Under the pieces are notes generated by a model. It was not told where the DNA came from, did no database searches, and saw only the letters and a program-made list of their open reading frames with translations. Both the position numbers and the translations under genes were made by a program. Of a DNA stretch of 64,000 bases, positions 55,155 through 63,938 are shown one piece after another. The stretch comes from a bacterium (GTDB taxonomy: Bacteria; Patescibacteriota; Minisyncoccia; UBA6257; GWB1-50-10): the NCBI GenBank assembly GCA_030647415.1, contig JAUSKB010000026.1, positions 10,894 through 74,893 on the forward strand, in the 5' to 3' direction. Each line of letters begins with the position of its first letter. The stretch's first letter is position 1.

Positions 55155-56267
55155 TTACACCCATCCGGTAAGGTGCGCCACCTCGTAGGCGATGGCGGCG
55201 AGGAAGATGGGAACCAGGAGCCAGCTTGCGAACCGCCACGGATGGTGTGGGAAGGCGCGACGCCACATCATGACAATGAAGATGCCCTCGAGCGAGAGGA
55301 AGACGCCGCCCGCAAACCCGATTGCAGTAAAAAACTCTCGTACGCCGGCGACATAGAGCGCGAGCGGGGCGGCAATAGCAACCGTCGCGGCGAGCGCCTT
55401 CTTCCACCGCAGGTCGCGCTCGAGGGTTTCCTCTACGTTCACGCCGATAATCACGTACGAGGTCCAGAGGGTTACCAGACCGAGCGTGCCTAGGGTAACC
55501 GGAAGCCATGGTGCGGCGCCCACAAGGCTCGAAACCGCGTCCGGCCCCGCAGCGGGCGCGAGCCGGAGCACGCCGACCACGAAGGCGAGGTAGATGACCG
55601 CGGGGAGTGCCGTTCCCCACGCGATGACGCGCCCGAGCGGGAACGGCTTGCCGCTCGCCCGAACGGCGCGTGCCAGCTCCACCGCTTTCCCCACCGCGGG
55701 ACGGCCGGCGAACGCGAAGAGGAATGGTCCAAAGGGGAGGAGAAATACGCCGAGGGAGAGGGGCTGCGCAAGCGGCGCAGTAAACGGCGCGGCGGGGACG
55801 GCGAGCACGGCAAGGACGATCGCAAGAATTGCGACGACACCTATCGCCTCGCCCCAGCCAAGCCATGAGGTTTTGAGAAAGAGTGCGACGGACCCGAGCG
55901 CCCAGAAGACCACCGCACCGACGATCCCCATGCCCGGCAGGACGAGCTCAACAAACGCCGGGGCGAGGATGAGGTAGATGGTGAGAACTAGGACAAGCTC
56001 AAGGAGAATGATGCCACCTGCAGTAGGCGCCATCCGGCGTGGCAGATAGGCCTCCGCAAGCTTCACAAACTGCCCGCTATCGACGCGTGTCTCAAGGAGC
56101 GCCGCGTACATGCGATGGATCGCCACATACACGCCCGCAAACGCAACGAGATAGAGAGCGCTTGTCCCGAGGCCAAGCGTTCGAACTACGAAGGGCAGGG
56201 AGAACATCCCTGCCCCGATGATGGTGCCGGAGAGGAGCGCGACGGCAAGAAAGCGTGGAAATTTCAT
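55155..56267 (-). CDS. Amino-acid permease-like membrane protein (HAAAP / Trp-Tyr permease-like).
   Basis: N-terminal LLSGTIIGAGMFSLPFV resembles the aromatic amino acid permease motif. About 11 TM helices. Confidence 0.55.
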   Translation of the reverse strand: MKFPRFLAVALLSGTIIGAGMFSLPFVVRTLGLGTSALYLVAFAGVYVAIHRMYAALLETRVDSGQFVKLAEAYLPRRMAPTAGGIILLELVLVLTIYLILAPAFVELVLPGMGIVGAVVFWALGSVALFLKTSWLGWGEAIGVVAILAIVLAVLAVPAAPFTAPLAQPLSLGVFLLPFGPFLFAFAGRPAVGKAVELARAVRASGKPFPLGRVIAWGTALPAVIYLAFVVGVLRLAPAAGPDAVSSLVGAAPWLPVTLGTLGLVTLWTSYVIIGVNVEETLERDLRWKKALAATVAIAAPLALYVAGVREFFTAIGFAGGVFLSLEGIFIVMMWRRAFPHHPWRFASWLLVPIFLAAIAYEVAHLTGWV

Positions 56268-56285
56268 GGGGAAGAACTGAAACCA

Positions 56286-56323
56286 AGAGGCGAAACCTCG
56301 GGGAACCTTGAGGTTTCGCCTCG
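56286..56323. repeat. REP-like hairpin H3 agaggcgaaacctc-ggggaacctt-gaggtttcgcctcg.
   Basis: Same loop as H2. The stem differs by a compensatory pair (gagacctc/gaggtctc vs gaaacctc/gaggtttc). Confidence 0.6.
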
Positions 56324-56350
56324 TATGTATCCCGTTCCCAGTATCCGAAT

Positions 56351-56683
56351 CTAGGACTTATCTGTCAGGTATACTTTGTTCCCCTCATGCACCTTCTCCT
56401 TCACCTTGATGCCGATCTCCTGCGCCTTCTTCGCGACCGCGATGGGCTGGTGGTCGTACTGCATGGAGGCGATGGGTTGCGTAAAATCGGTGTGCGCTCC
56501 GAGGAACCGCACAGTCGCTCCGACCTTCACCGGCTTCGAGAACTTCACGATGCCGACCGAGATGTGGTCAAAGAAGTGCGTGACAATGCCGATGGGTTTG
56601 CCGAGCTTCGGCTTCGGTTGTGCCGCCGGACGCTTCGCCGCGGTCTTCCGTGCTGGTTGCTTCGTCTTTTTTACCGTTGCCAT
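56351..56683 (-). CDS. Hypothetical protein with a basic N-terminal tail (110 aa).
   Basis: Lys/Ala/Pro-rich N-terminus followed by a beta-rich domain. No family assigned. Confidence 0.45.
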   Translation of the reverse strand: MATVKKTKQPARKTAAKRPAAQPKPKLGKPIGIVTHFFDHISVGIVKFSKPVKVGATVRFLGAHTDFTQPIASMQYDHQPIAVAKKAQEIGIKVKEKVHEGNKVYLTDKS

Positions 56684-56858
56684 ACGATTATGATACCAAT
56701 ATACCTGCCCGCAATGCTACGCATAGCGTTGCAGGCGGGCGAATGGTACGAATGATGCTAATCATACGAATAGATACCAATTAGTATTATTCGTATCATT
56801 TCCGCCTGAGGCGGATCGGCCTTCGGCGGACGCATGAATTAGCATATTAGTATCGCAC

Positions 56859-57653
56859 TTACAATATTCGACCTTTGACGCCGTTCTTCTTTTCATCACG
56901 TTCGATAAGGTCAAGAACGCGGTCTATGAGGTCGCCGGGATCTTCCGAGTAGACGACGTTGCCGGAACCGCGGTGCGCCGCCTCGATGATTTGCGGCAGG
57001 AGGTTCGTGGTGCCACCGGCGCCCGTGAGGACCCCTTGCGGCTTGTCATCCTCGAACGCATCAGTGAACTCGTTCAGGGTACCCATGCGGCCGCACATCG
57101 TTATGAGCGCGTCCGATGAGCGGGTGAAAAGGAGATTTCTGCCCGAGTAGCCGAACCCGGTATAGATGACGAGGTCGTGGTAGTCGAGTGGGAGGCGATA
57201 CGTCTTCACGTGCGCCGCTTTCGATGAGGCGGGCGAGAGACCGATGACGATGCCGCCTTCCGCCTTCGCGCCTTTCGCCGCCCAGTACGGCAGGCCGGTT
57301 GTCGCGCCGGTTATGAGTACCATGCCGCGCTTCGCAATCTCCCGACCGACCTGCTCGGCCTTCTCGATGGCGTCGGCGTTGCAGTGGCTCGTCTCCGCGG
57401 CACCCGAAACACCAATTTTGTACCGGAGGTGGTGTGCGTGGAGGTTATGGTTTGTCGGTTTCGCACCGACCGCGGCGTCGGTCGCAGCGGGGTGCCGCCC
57501 CTCGGTTACCGTCGCGCCATCCGATTTTCCGCGAGCCCGCTCCGCCGGAGCTTGAGCGAGGCGAGCTGGCGGACGAAGGTTCGCCTCGTTTCCCGGAATC
57601 CCGGTGGCGGGAGACGCCCCATCTATCATTCGATGTGTTTGTGGCATGGTCAC
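56859..57653 (-). CDS. LOG/TIGR00725-family Rossmann-fold nucleotide-binding protein with an ~80-aa disordered N-terminal extension.
   Basis: YKIGVSGAAE ... TGATTGLPYWAAKGAKAEGG ... TMCGRMGTLNEF matches LOG-family motifs (GGG.G.M...PGG.GT.EE). Its start overlaps the stop of the upstream beta-CASP gene. Confidence 0.6.
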   Translation of the reverse strand: MTMPQTHRMIDGASPATGIPGNEANLRPPARLAQAPAERARGKSDGATVTEGRHPAATDAAVGAKPTNHNLHAHHLRYKIGVSGAAETSHCNADAIEKAEQVGREIAKRGMVLITGATTGLPYWAAKGAKAEGGIVIGLSPASSKAAHVKTYRLPLDYHDLVIYTGFGYSGRNLLFTRSSDALITMCGRMGTLNEFTDAFEDDKPQGVLTGAGGTTNLLPQIIEAAHRGSGNVVYSEDPGDLIDRVLDLIERDEKKNGVKGRIL

Positions 57654-57656
57654 TCG

Positions 57657-59024
57657 CTATGATAGCACCGCGCTGTCGCCGAGAGAAGGAACGACGGCAT
57701 CAACCGCGAATTCGTCGCGGATTTTCTGCGCAAGCGGTTCCGCCTGGTCCGCATCGCCCTGTACAACAAAGGCGCGGGTGAGCGTGAGTCGGAGCGGCTC
57801 CACCCATCGCAAGAGCTGCGGCTGGTCCGCGTGTGCCGAGTAGCCGGAGAGGGAGTACTTCCTCGCACGCACCGGCACTGTCTCCCCAAATATCTTTACC
57901 GTCTCGGCACCCTCGAGTACCATGCGACCCAAGGACCCCACCCCCTGGTACCCGATGAAGAGAATGGCGCTTTTCGGGTCCGATAGGTACCGGCGCTCGT
58001 GGTGGAGAATTCGCCCGCCGTTCGACATGCCGGCGCCGGCCACGATGACCTTTGGGGGCGACACTTCGTTGATCTGCTTCGATTCTTCCGTCGTGAGCGT
58101 GAGCCGGAGTCCGGGGAAGTTGAAAATATTCTCCCCATCTCTGATGAGCTCCACCGCATGCTCATTGAAGTAGGTGTGGTCGCGCGCGTACTTCTGGTAG
58201 ATCGCGGTGAGCTTGATGGCGAGCGGGCTGTCGATGAACACCGGCACCGTGGGCACGCGGCCGTGCTCGATGAGCTGGTTCAGCTCGAAAAGGAGCTCCT
58301 GCGTGCGTTCGAGGGCGAAGGCGGGAATCATAAGCGTGCCGCCCGCGGCCGCCGTGTTTTCGATGACGTCTTCCAGGATGTCGCGGCGCCGGTCAAGCTC
58401 CTCATGCACGCGGCCGCCGTATGTGGATTCGACGAGCACATAGTCCGCGTCCGTGAAATACTCGACCGGATTGATGAGCGGCTCCGGCATATTACCAAGG
58501 TCGCCCGAGAAGACGATGCGCTTGCCGCCTGCCTCGACGAGAATCGAAGCGGAACCGAGAATGTGGCCTGCATCGTACAGGGTCGCGGTGATGTCGCCGA
58601 CCGTAATCGGCTCGTGGTACGGCACCTTCCGCCAAATCGAGAGCGTAGTAGCCACGTCCTCCACGCGGTAAAGCGGAGCGTGCTTCTTTTTCCTTGCCTC
58701 TTCCTCAAGGAGGTGCTCGGAATCAAGGAGGAGGAACTCGGCAACGTCCTTCGTGGGCGGCGTGGAGTAGATGGGGCAGGTGAGCCCCGCCTTCACCAGC
58801 TGTGGCAACCGCCCGATGTGGTCTACGTGCCCGTGCGTAATGAAAACCGCGTCAATTGACTTCGGGTCGTACGGGAACGGCTCGTAATTGTGCCGCTCGC
58901 CGAAGCTCGACCCCTGGTGGAGACCGCAATCAACGAGAATTTTCGTGGTCTCGGTCTCAAGGAGGTAGTTTGACCCGGTCGTGCCGCCGCAACCGCCGCA
59001 GAAGGTAAGTGTGGGGGGTTTCAT
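57657..59024 (-). CDS. MBL-fold beta-CASP RNA-metabolising nuclease (CPSF/RNase J-like).
   Basis: HGHVDHIG metal motif. Beta-CASP region. C-terminal H residue motif (SGYSAHAD). Confidence 0.75.
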   Translation of the reverse strand: MKPPTLTFCGGCGGTTGSNYLLETETTKILVDCGLHQGSSFGERHNYEPFPYDPKSIDAVFITHGHVDHIGRLPQLVKAGLTCPIYSTPPTKDVAEFLLLDSEHLLEEEARKKKHAPLYRVEDVATTLSIWRKVPYHEPITVGDITATLYDAGHILGSASILVEAGGKRIVFSGDLGNMPEPLINPVEYFTDADYVLVESTYGGRVHEELDRRRDILEDVIENTAAAGGTLMIPAFALERTQELLFELNQLIEHGRVPTVPVFIDSPLAIKLTAIYQKYARDHTYFNEHAVELIRDGENIFNFPGLRLTLTTEESKQINEVSPPKVIVAGAGMSNGGRILHHERRYLSDPKSAILFIGYQGVGSLGRMVLEGAETVKIFGETVPVRARKYSLSGYSAHADQPQLLRWVEPLRLTLTRAFVVQGDADQAEPLAQKIRDEFAVDAVVPSLGDSAVLS

Positions 59025-59130
59025 GAGCGTGTGTTCATTCTAGCGGAACTTGTACCGCTTTCCCATCACATCCGATTGACACGCGTCTAATTGCAAGCGA
59101 TTATGCACACTAGAACATCTTGGAGGGGTT

Positions 59131-59400
59131 ATGATATTCGAACTCATCGGCGGAGTGGTGGTCTTCGGGGCATTACTCGTCGTCGGGTACGCCTCGGCGA
59201 TCAACAACGTGGCGGCGAGATATTCGTTTGCGGCGTGCGTCACCGCGTCGACACTCATTGGGATACTTTTGCTCTTCGCGTTCCGGTTCGTCTTCGGCAA
59301 TCATTGGGAAGCAGACGCAGCCGCAGGGGCAATCTTCGTCGGATTTGTCATCGGCGACGTCGTGATGGCCATTCGAAAGAGGGGTTTGCGCATGCGGTAG
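59131..59400 (+). CDS. Small hypothetical membrane protein (89 aa).
   Basis: RBS ggagggg. Two or three TM helices. Confidence 0.45.
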   Translation: MIFELIGGVVVFGALLVVGYASAINNVAARYSFAACVTASTLIGILLLFAFRFVFGNHWEADAAAGAIFVGFVIGDVVMAIRKRGLRMR

Positions 59401-59428
59401 AAGACTTCAGCCCCCACCGGGGGCTGAT

Positions 59429-60667
59429 TCATTTCTTCATCGCGGCGAGCTCCTCCTCTGCCACCTGCCGCTCGTTCCACGGGACCGTCTCGCCGTTCGC
59501 GATGCGGATCACGGTCTCACTCCCCTTCCCGGTTAGCACAACTGCGTCGCCGGGCCGCGCGAGATGAAATGCTTTCCGGATGGCCATACGGCGGTCCAGG
59601 ATGCGGAAGGTCTGGTCCTCCCGCAGTCGCCGGGGCGAGGCGTCCAAAAATCCCCGCGCGATGGCGTCTAAAATTCGCTCCGGCACCTCGTCGAACGGGT
59701 CCTCGTTCGTCAAAACCACCACGTCGCACGCTTCGGCGGCGATTTTTCCCATGACCGGCCGTTTCCACGCGTCACGACCTCCTGCCGCCGACCCAAAAAC
59801 GCCAATGAGGCGAGTGCCGGGGGCGAGCAACGAACGAACCGCGCCGTAGATGGCGAGGAACGAATCGGGCGTGTGTGCGTAGTCCACGATGACCTGAAAC
59901 GGCTCTGTCTGCACGCGCTCGAACCGGCCCGCGAGACCGCGGAACGACTGGAGTGCGGCGACGATGGCCGCTTCAGGCGCCCCGAGCGCCTCGGCGACCG
60001 CCGCCGCCGCGGCCACATTCTGCATGTTGAACGGCGCGGCAAGCCACACATTCGCCTCGGCCGCCGAACGAACTGCCGCAGAGAGGTCGGCGGGACTGAA
60101 CCGTGTCACCGCATGCCCCGGCACGGACCGAGCGACATCCTCGAAATGCCTTACGTTCGCATCATCCGCGTTCACCGCAAACCGCCGAACCCGCTTCGCG
60201 GAGGACGCAAGCGACCGGAAGAAATCGAGCTTCGCCCCACGGTACGCCTCGAAGGAGCCGTGCGATTCCACGTGCTCCGGCGAGAGATTGTTGAATACGG
60301 CAACGTCCCAATCGATGAACCGGTGCCGGTGTTGCCGGATACCCTCGGAGGACACTTCGATGAGGGCGTGCGTCGCGCCGGCGGCGGCCGCGTCGCGGAG
60401 GAAGTGTTGGAGGCGGCCGCGCCCCGGCATGGTATTGCCGTACGGGTTCGCGCCCGTCTCATCGGCGATGATGCGGTGCACAGTCGAAAGGAGCGCCGGG
60501 CGCCGGTGGTCCGCAAGAAGCATCGCGCGGATGAGCTCGAGCACGGTGGACTTGCCCTTCGTCCCGGTCACCCCGACCACGACGAGCTTCCGGCCCGGCC
60601 GGCCGTACCAGACGGCCCCCGCGAATGCGAAGAAGAGGTGGTAGCTGTTGAGTAGTTTCCGGTACAT
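59429..60667 (-). CDS. Mur ligase family protein (MurE/MurF/MurT-like).
   Basis: ATP-binding GVTGTKGKST motif. Mur ligase middle and C-terminal domains. 412 aa. Confidence 0.7.
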   Translation of the reverse strand: MYRKLLNSYHLFFAFAGAVWYGRPGRKLVVVGVTGTKGKSTVLELIRAMLLADHRRPALLSTVHRIIADETGANPYGNTMPGRGRLQHFLRDAAAAGATHALIEVSSEGIRQHRHRFIDWDVAVFNNLSPEHVESHGSFEAYRGAKLDFFRSLASSAKRVRRFAVNADDANVRHFEDVARSVPGHAVTRFSPADLSAAVRSAAEANVWLAAPFNMQNVAAAAAVAEALGAPEAAIVAALQSFRGLAGRFERVQTEPFQVIVDYAHTPDSFLAIYGAVRSLLAPGTRLIGVFGSAAGGRDAWKRPVMGKIAAEACDVVVLTNEDPFDEVPERILDAIARGFLDASPRRLREDQTFRILDRRMAIRKAFHLARPGDAVVLTGKGSETVIRIANGETVPWNERQVAEEELAAMKK

Positions 60668-60778
60668 TTACCCTGTTAGAAGTTTACATACACTCATAGC
60701 GTGCGGATTACGTGTATTTCTTGAAACAGTACTGTGTTTATGGATACCGTGTGCGCGTAAACTTCTAACAGGGTGAAT
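60667..60778. mobile_element. MITE-like palindromic element M3 (~112 bp), with TIRs tttaccctgttagaagtttacat / gcgtaaacttctaacagggtgaat.
   Basis: Begins at the nucleotide after the 60667 start codon. Confidence 0.55.
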
Positions 60779-60791
60779 CTCCTTTTTCCTT

Positions 60792-60903
60792 TTTACCCTG
60801 TTAGAGATTTGCACGCACACCACTTGCTATATACGTTTATGTACCAGTACGAACAGAATATGCAGTGCATAAAGATTGTATGCAAATCTCTAACAGGGTG
60901 AAT
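60792..60903. mobile_element. MITE-like palindromic element M4 (~112 bp), with TIRs tttaccctgttagagatttgca / tgcaaatctctaacagggtgaat (perfect).
   Basis: Tandem to M3, separated by a 13-nt spacer. Ends 9 nt before the ruvA stop. Confidence 0.55.
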
Positions 60904-60911
60904 CTTTTTTC

Positions 60912-61517
60912 TTATTTCCTCCCCAGCATCTTTAACGCCTCCTTCAGCCGCGCCTCGGTGGTGGTGCCGCCTGCCCCGACGGCACCGTCGGGGTCCGCCG
61001 ACCCGAGCTGTTCAATCGCGTGCCGCGCCTCCGCCCGCTGGTACCCGAGCATCACGAGCGCCTCCTCTACTTCGAGGTTCACGTCCATGGACTTCGTGCG
61101 CTCCATTGCGCCCACGAGCGCCACGCGGCTCTGGAGCTCGAGCACGATGCGCTCCGCCGTCCGCTTCCCGATGCCGGACGCCCGCGCGAGGAGGTCGGTT
61201 CGCCGCTCGAGGATGGCCGCCTGGATATTCGGCACCGTGTCGAGGTCGAGGATGCCGAGCGCCGTCTTCGGCCCCACGCCGGAGACAGAAATAAGCAGGT
61301 CAAAAAGCTTGAGCGACTGCTCATCCGGGAAGCCATAGAGGTCAAGCGCGTCCTCCTTCACCGCGAGGTGGGTGTAGAGGGTGACCTCCGCGCCCGTCAT
61401 CGGAAGACCCGCGAGCGTCTTTCCGCCCGCAAACACCTTGTACCCCACGCCGCCGCACGAAACGACCGCGAAGGTCTCGCCTCGTCCCGCGAGCGTCCCC
61501 GTGAGCTGGTGGATCAT
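60912..61517 (-). CDS. ruvA: Holliday junction DNA helicase subunit RuvA.
   Basis: MIHQLTGTL...VGYKV N-domain, HhH motifs (LISVSGVGPKTALGIL) and C-terminal domain. Confidence 0.85.
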   Translation of the reverse strand: MIHQLTGTLAGRGETFAVVSCGGVGYKVFAGGKTLAGLPMTGAEVTLYTHLAVKEDALDLYGFPDEQSLKLFDLLISVSGVGPKTALGILDLDTVPNIQAAILERRTDLLARASGIGKRTAERIVLELQSRVALVGAMERTKSMDVNLEVEEALVMLGYQRAEARHAIEQLGSADPDGAVGAGGTTTEARLKEALKMLGRK

Positions 61518-61626
61518 ACCTTCAGTATAGGCGGATAGCGCTCATGCGCGGAATATTGACAATTTACAAGTATAAAAGTATAATACAAAGCAGATTCATT
61601 CACCAAAAACAAATATTGGAGGTTGT

Positions 61627-62133
61627 ATGAAAAAATGGTTGAAGCGGACGGCGGTAGCAATCCTCGCCCTTGTTGCGTACGTGAACATTGGACATTTAGT
61701 CAATGAGGGCGTGTGGCGAATGCATTTTTACGCGAAAGAAGCGCCAGTATCTTTCGTGATATTCCCGGCCCCCCAGATGTTCGGGGTCGGAAATGTCAGT
61801 TTCGGAAAACTTGGAGGGCAGATGCGAAACGGTGCTGGGACTTTTGAAGAATATCGGGATCTCCCCTTAGGTGGTAAGTGGATGGGCGTGTTTGTATGGC
61901 CCATCACTCTTGTAGTGTTCTGGGGTGTAGCAATTATTTGCTGGATCGTCCAAGTGCTGTTATGGGCATGGGATGGGATAGTTCTTGCGCTCTCGTTCCT
62001 GTTCTCGGGAGAATTGGTTGAGTTAATGGTGCAAATCGGGTTCTGGTGGAATCTGATCGCCATCATGATGGTCGCGACGATCATTCGCTTGTTATACCAG
62101 GTATTTAAAAAAAATGCGAGCGAGCAGAGATGA
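61627..62133 (+). CDS. Hypothetical membrane protein (168 aa).
   Basis: RBS ggagg. Several TM helices. Confidence 0.5.
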   Translation: MKKWLKRTAVAILALVAYVNIGHLVNEGVWRMHFYAKEAPVSFVIFPAPQMFGVGNVSFGKLGGQMRNGAGTFEEYRDLPLGGKWMGVFVWPITLVVFWGVAIICWIVQVLLWAWDGIVLALSFLFSGELVELMVQIGFWWNLIAIMMVATIIRLLYQVFKKNASEQR

Positions 62134-62194
62134 GGTGTAGACAGTTCGCCCACCGGAATCCGGCGGGCGAATCATTTTCATGCTGGTTGAATTT

Positions 62195-62299
62195 GACCCC
62201 GTATAGAGTTTTACGCACGCACCGTGGCGTGCATAGGCGTTGGCTCATAAACCAGTCGGGCGCTTTGGGTGGGATGGAAACGTAAAACTCCGACGGGTG
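62195..62299. mobile_element. Degenerate MITE-like copy M5 (ccccgtatagagttttacgcacgc ... cgtaaaactccgacgggtg), abutting the rpsT promoter.
   Basis: About 70% match of both arms to the M4 TIR. The -35 TTGACT of rpsT starts at 62301. Confidence 0.35.
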
Positions 62300-62300
62300 T

Positions 62301-62329
62301 TTGACTTCACGCCCCACATCCGGTTTAAT
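62301..62329 (+). promoter_or_regulatory. rpsT promoter: TTGACT, 17 nt, TTTAAT.
   Basis: Read directly. The ATG is at 62340. Confidence 0.55.
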
Positions 62330-62339
62330 GGACGGTGAT

Positions 62340-62600
62340 ATGCCACGAACCAAGACCGCCAAAAAGGAGCTCCGGAAGAACGTCCGCCGGCGGGCGCAAA
62401 ACCTCTCCCGCCAGAAGCGCATGCGCACTTCGGTGAAGACCTACCAGAAGCTCGTCATCGCGGGAGACCTTGATGGCGCTCGCGCCAACCTGCCGCAGGT
62501 CATGCAGACCTTGGACAAGCTCGCGAAGGTGGGGTACATCAAGCGCGGGAAGGCGGACCGCATGAAATCGAGGCTCGCAAAAAAACTCAAGGCAAAATAG
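62340..62600 (+). CDS. rpsT: 30S ribosomal protein S20.
   Basis: MPRTKTAKKELRKNVRRRAQNLSRQKRMRTSVKTY... matches S20. Followed by terminator cccgcacgtgcggg-TTTTT at 62625-62645. Confidence 0.85.
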   Translation: MPRTKTAKKELRKNVRRRAQNLSRQKRMRTSVKTYQKLVIAGDLDGARANLPQVMQTLDKLAKVGYIKRGKADRMKSRLAKKLKAK

Positions 62601-62763
62601 GAAAAATTCGACACAAAGAAAAATCCCGCACGTGCGGGTTTTTCTTCGGTTACCATAATACTATTTCTCGGCACGGTTATCTTATATGCACACCAAATAA
62701 AATATTGCAGTGGAGAAAATTTAAATTAAGAATCATCTGGGCTCGTGTGCCCTCCTTCAAATT

Positions 62764-62991
62764 TTAAACTCCCCCACCTTCTAATAATCTCTTACGAATC
62801 TCTTCTCTCCGAACCGAGGCAGCATTATCTGAAATTGGAGCACCAGCCTCCACCTCTTCTGCACTCTGCCGGTCGTGAAGCGCCCTAGTTTCATCCTCCA
62901 TTTTACGGAGAGTCTCTTTCTCCTCTTCCGAGAGTTCTTGCTTTTTCAGCCCGCCATCACGAATAATTTCTCCAAACTTATTTGAGGGCAT
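62764..62991 (-). CDS. Hypothetical small acidic protein. Start uncertain; the track ORF extends to 63168.
   Basis: Glu/Lys-rich C-terminal half. Palindromic box P_c lies just upstream. Confidence 0.3.
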   Translation of the reverse strand: MPSNKFGEIIRDGGLKKQELSEEEKETLRKMEDETRALHDRQSAEEVEAGAPISDNAASVRREEIRKRLLEGGGV

Positions 62992-63160
62992 GAGGATAGT
63001 ATATGCACGACTGTACGGTTTTTCAACGGTATGTTTGTGGCTTCGTGCACGGTACGAGCCGAGCTTGGGACGTACCCACATTGATACGTTACTGTGTTGC
63101 GGTAGGTGTTCGGATTTCAAGGGGAACCTCGGTCCGTCGCTAATATATGCCGCGCTCACC

Positions 63161-63190
63161 GATTCCATTTTCTCGTATAGGACGGCAGTC
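63161..63190. promoter_or_regulatory. Palindromic box tctcgtataggacggcagtcctatacgaga.
   Basis: 30-bp near-perfect palindrome between the PaaX-like gene 2 stop and the next gene's start. Confidence 0.5.
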
Positions 63191-63258
63191 CTATACGAGA
63201 AAAAAGATTGAAAGAGATGAGTAGATTGTAAACCTAAATCAATCTTCGGTTCCCCCTC

Positions 63259-63894
63259 CTATCGCGTCCGGTCCCTGAGCGTCCCCTCCCTCCCCACCTC
63301 GAAGATCTCCAGATGATGCAGTACGCCGAGCTCGCGGGCATCCTTCAGGAACTGGTCCGGCAGGGGCTTAGTGCCCAGCCACATGCTCTGGTGGACCTTG
63401 CGGTACCCGTGGTTTATGAGCACCTCACGGACCCAGGCGCGCTTCCACCGCTCGCGCTCGGGGATGTCATAGGAGACGATAGTGATGACGGTGCGCCCGG
63501 GCTCCGGTGCGTACGAGTGGGGGTTTGGAGTTAAAGTGACCGTGCGTCGCTCGCGCTCGCGAATCCCTCGAATACTGAGCTTGAACCGCGCGGCCTCGCC
63601 GCGCTCGCGCTTCTCGACCAGGCCTTCCTGAATGAGTCGGGAAATTGTCCGTAGATACTGTAGACGCGACTTGAGACGCGCTTCGCGAGCCGCGACGCGC
63701 TCGCGATATTTCTGATCCAGTTTCGCGACCGCGCGACCATACCCGGGACGCGGAGTGTACCGCTTCCCGCCGGGTGCGCCCGCGGGCGTCGGCTGGGAGA
63801 GGACGTCCCAAAGCTCCTCGGCAACCCACTCCGCATGGGTGAGTGTAATGAGTACTCGCGTCCTTAGGGAATCCCGAATTCCTCCATGCGCCAT
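63259..63894 (-). CDS. PaaX-family transcriptional regulator (paralogue 2).
   Basis: VITIVSYDIPERERWKRAWVREVL...YRKVHQSMWLG. About 60% identical to paralogue 1 over the C-terminal 120 aa. Confidence 0.6.
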   Translation of the reverse strand: MAHGGIRDSLRTRVLITLTHAEWVAEELWDVLSQPTPAGAPGGKRYTPRPGYGRAVAKLDQKYRERVAAREARLKSRLQYLRTISRLIQEGLVEKRERGEAARFKLSIRGIRERERRTVTLTPNPHSYAPEPGRTVITIVSYDIPERERWKRAWVREVLINHGYRKVHQSMWLGTKPLPDQFLKDARELGVLHHLEIFEVGREGTLRDRTR

Positions 63895-63900
63895 AGGTTC

Positions 63901-63938
63901 ATTTTACCACATAGGACGGCCGTCCTATGTGGTAAAAT
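63901..63938. promoter_or_regulatory. Perfect 38-bp palindromic box attttaccacataggacggccgtcctatgtggtaaaat upstream of PaaX-like gene 2.
   Basis: Read directly. Lies 7 nt upstream of the start codon. Confidence 0.55.
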
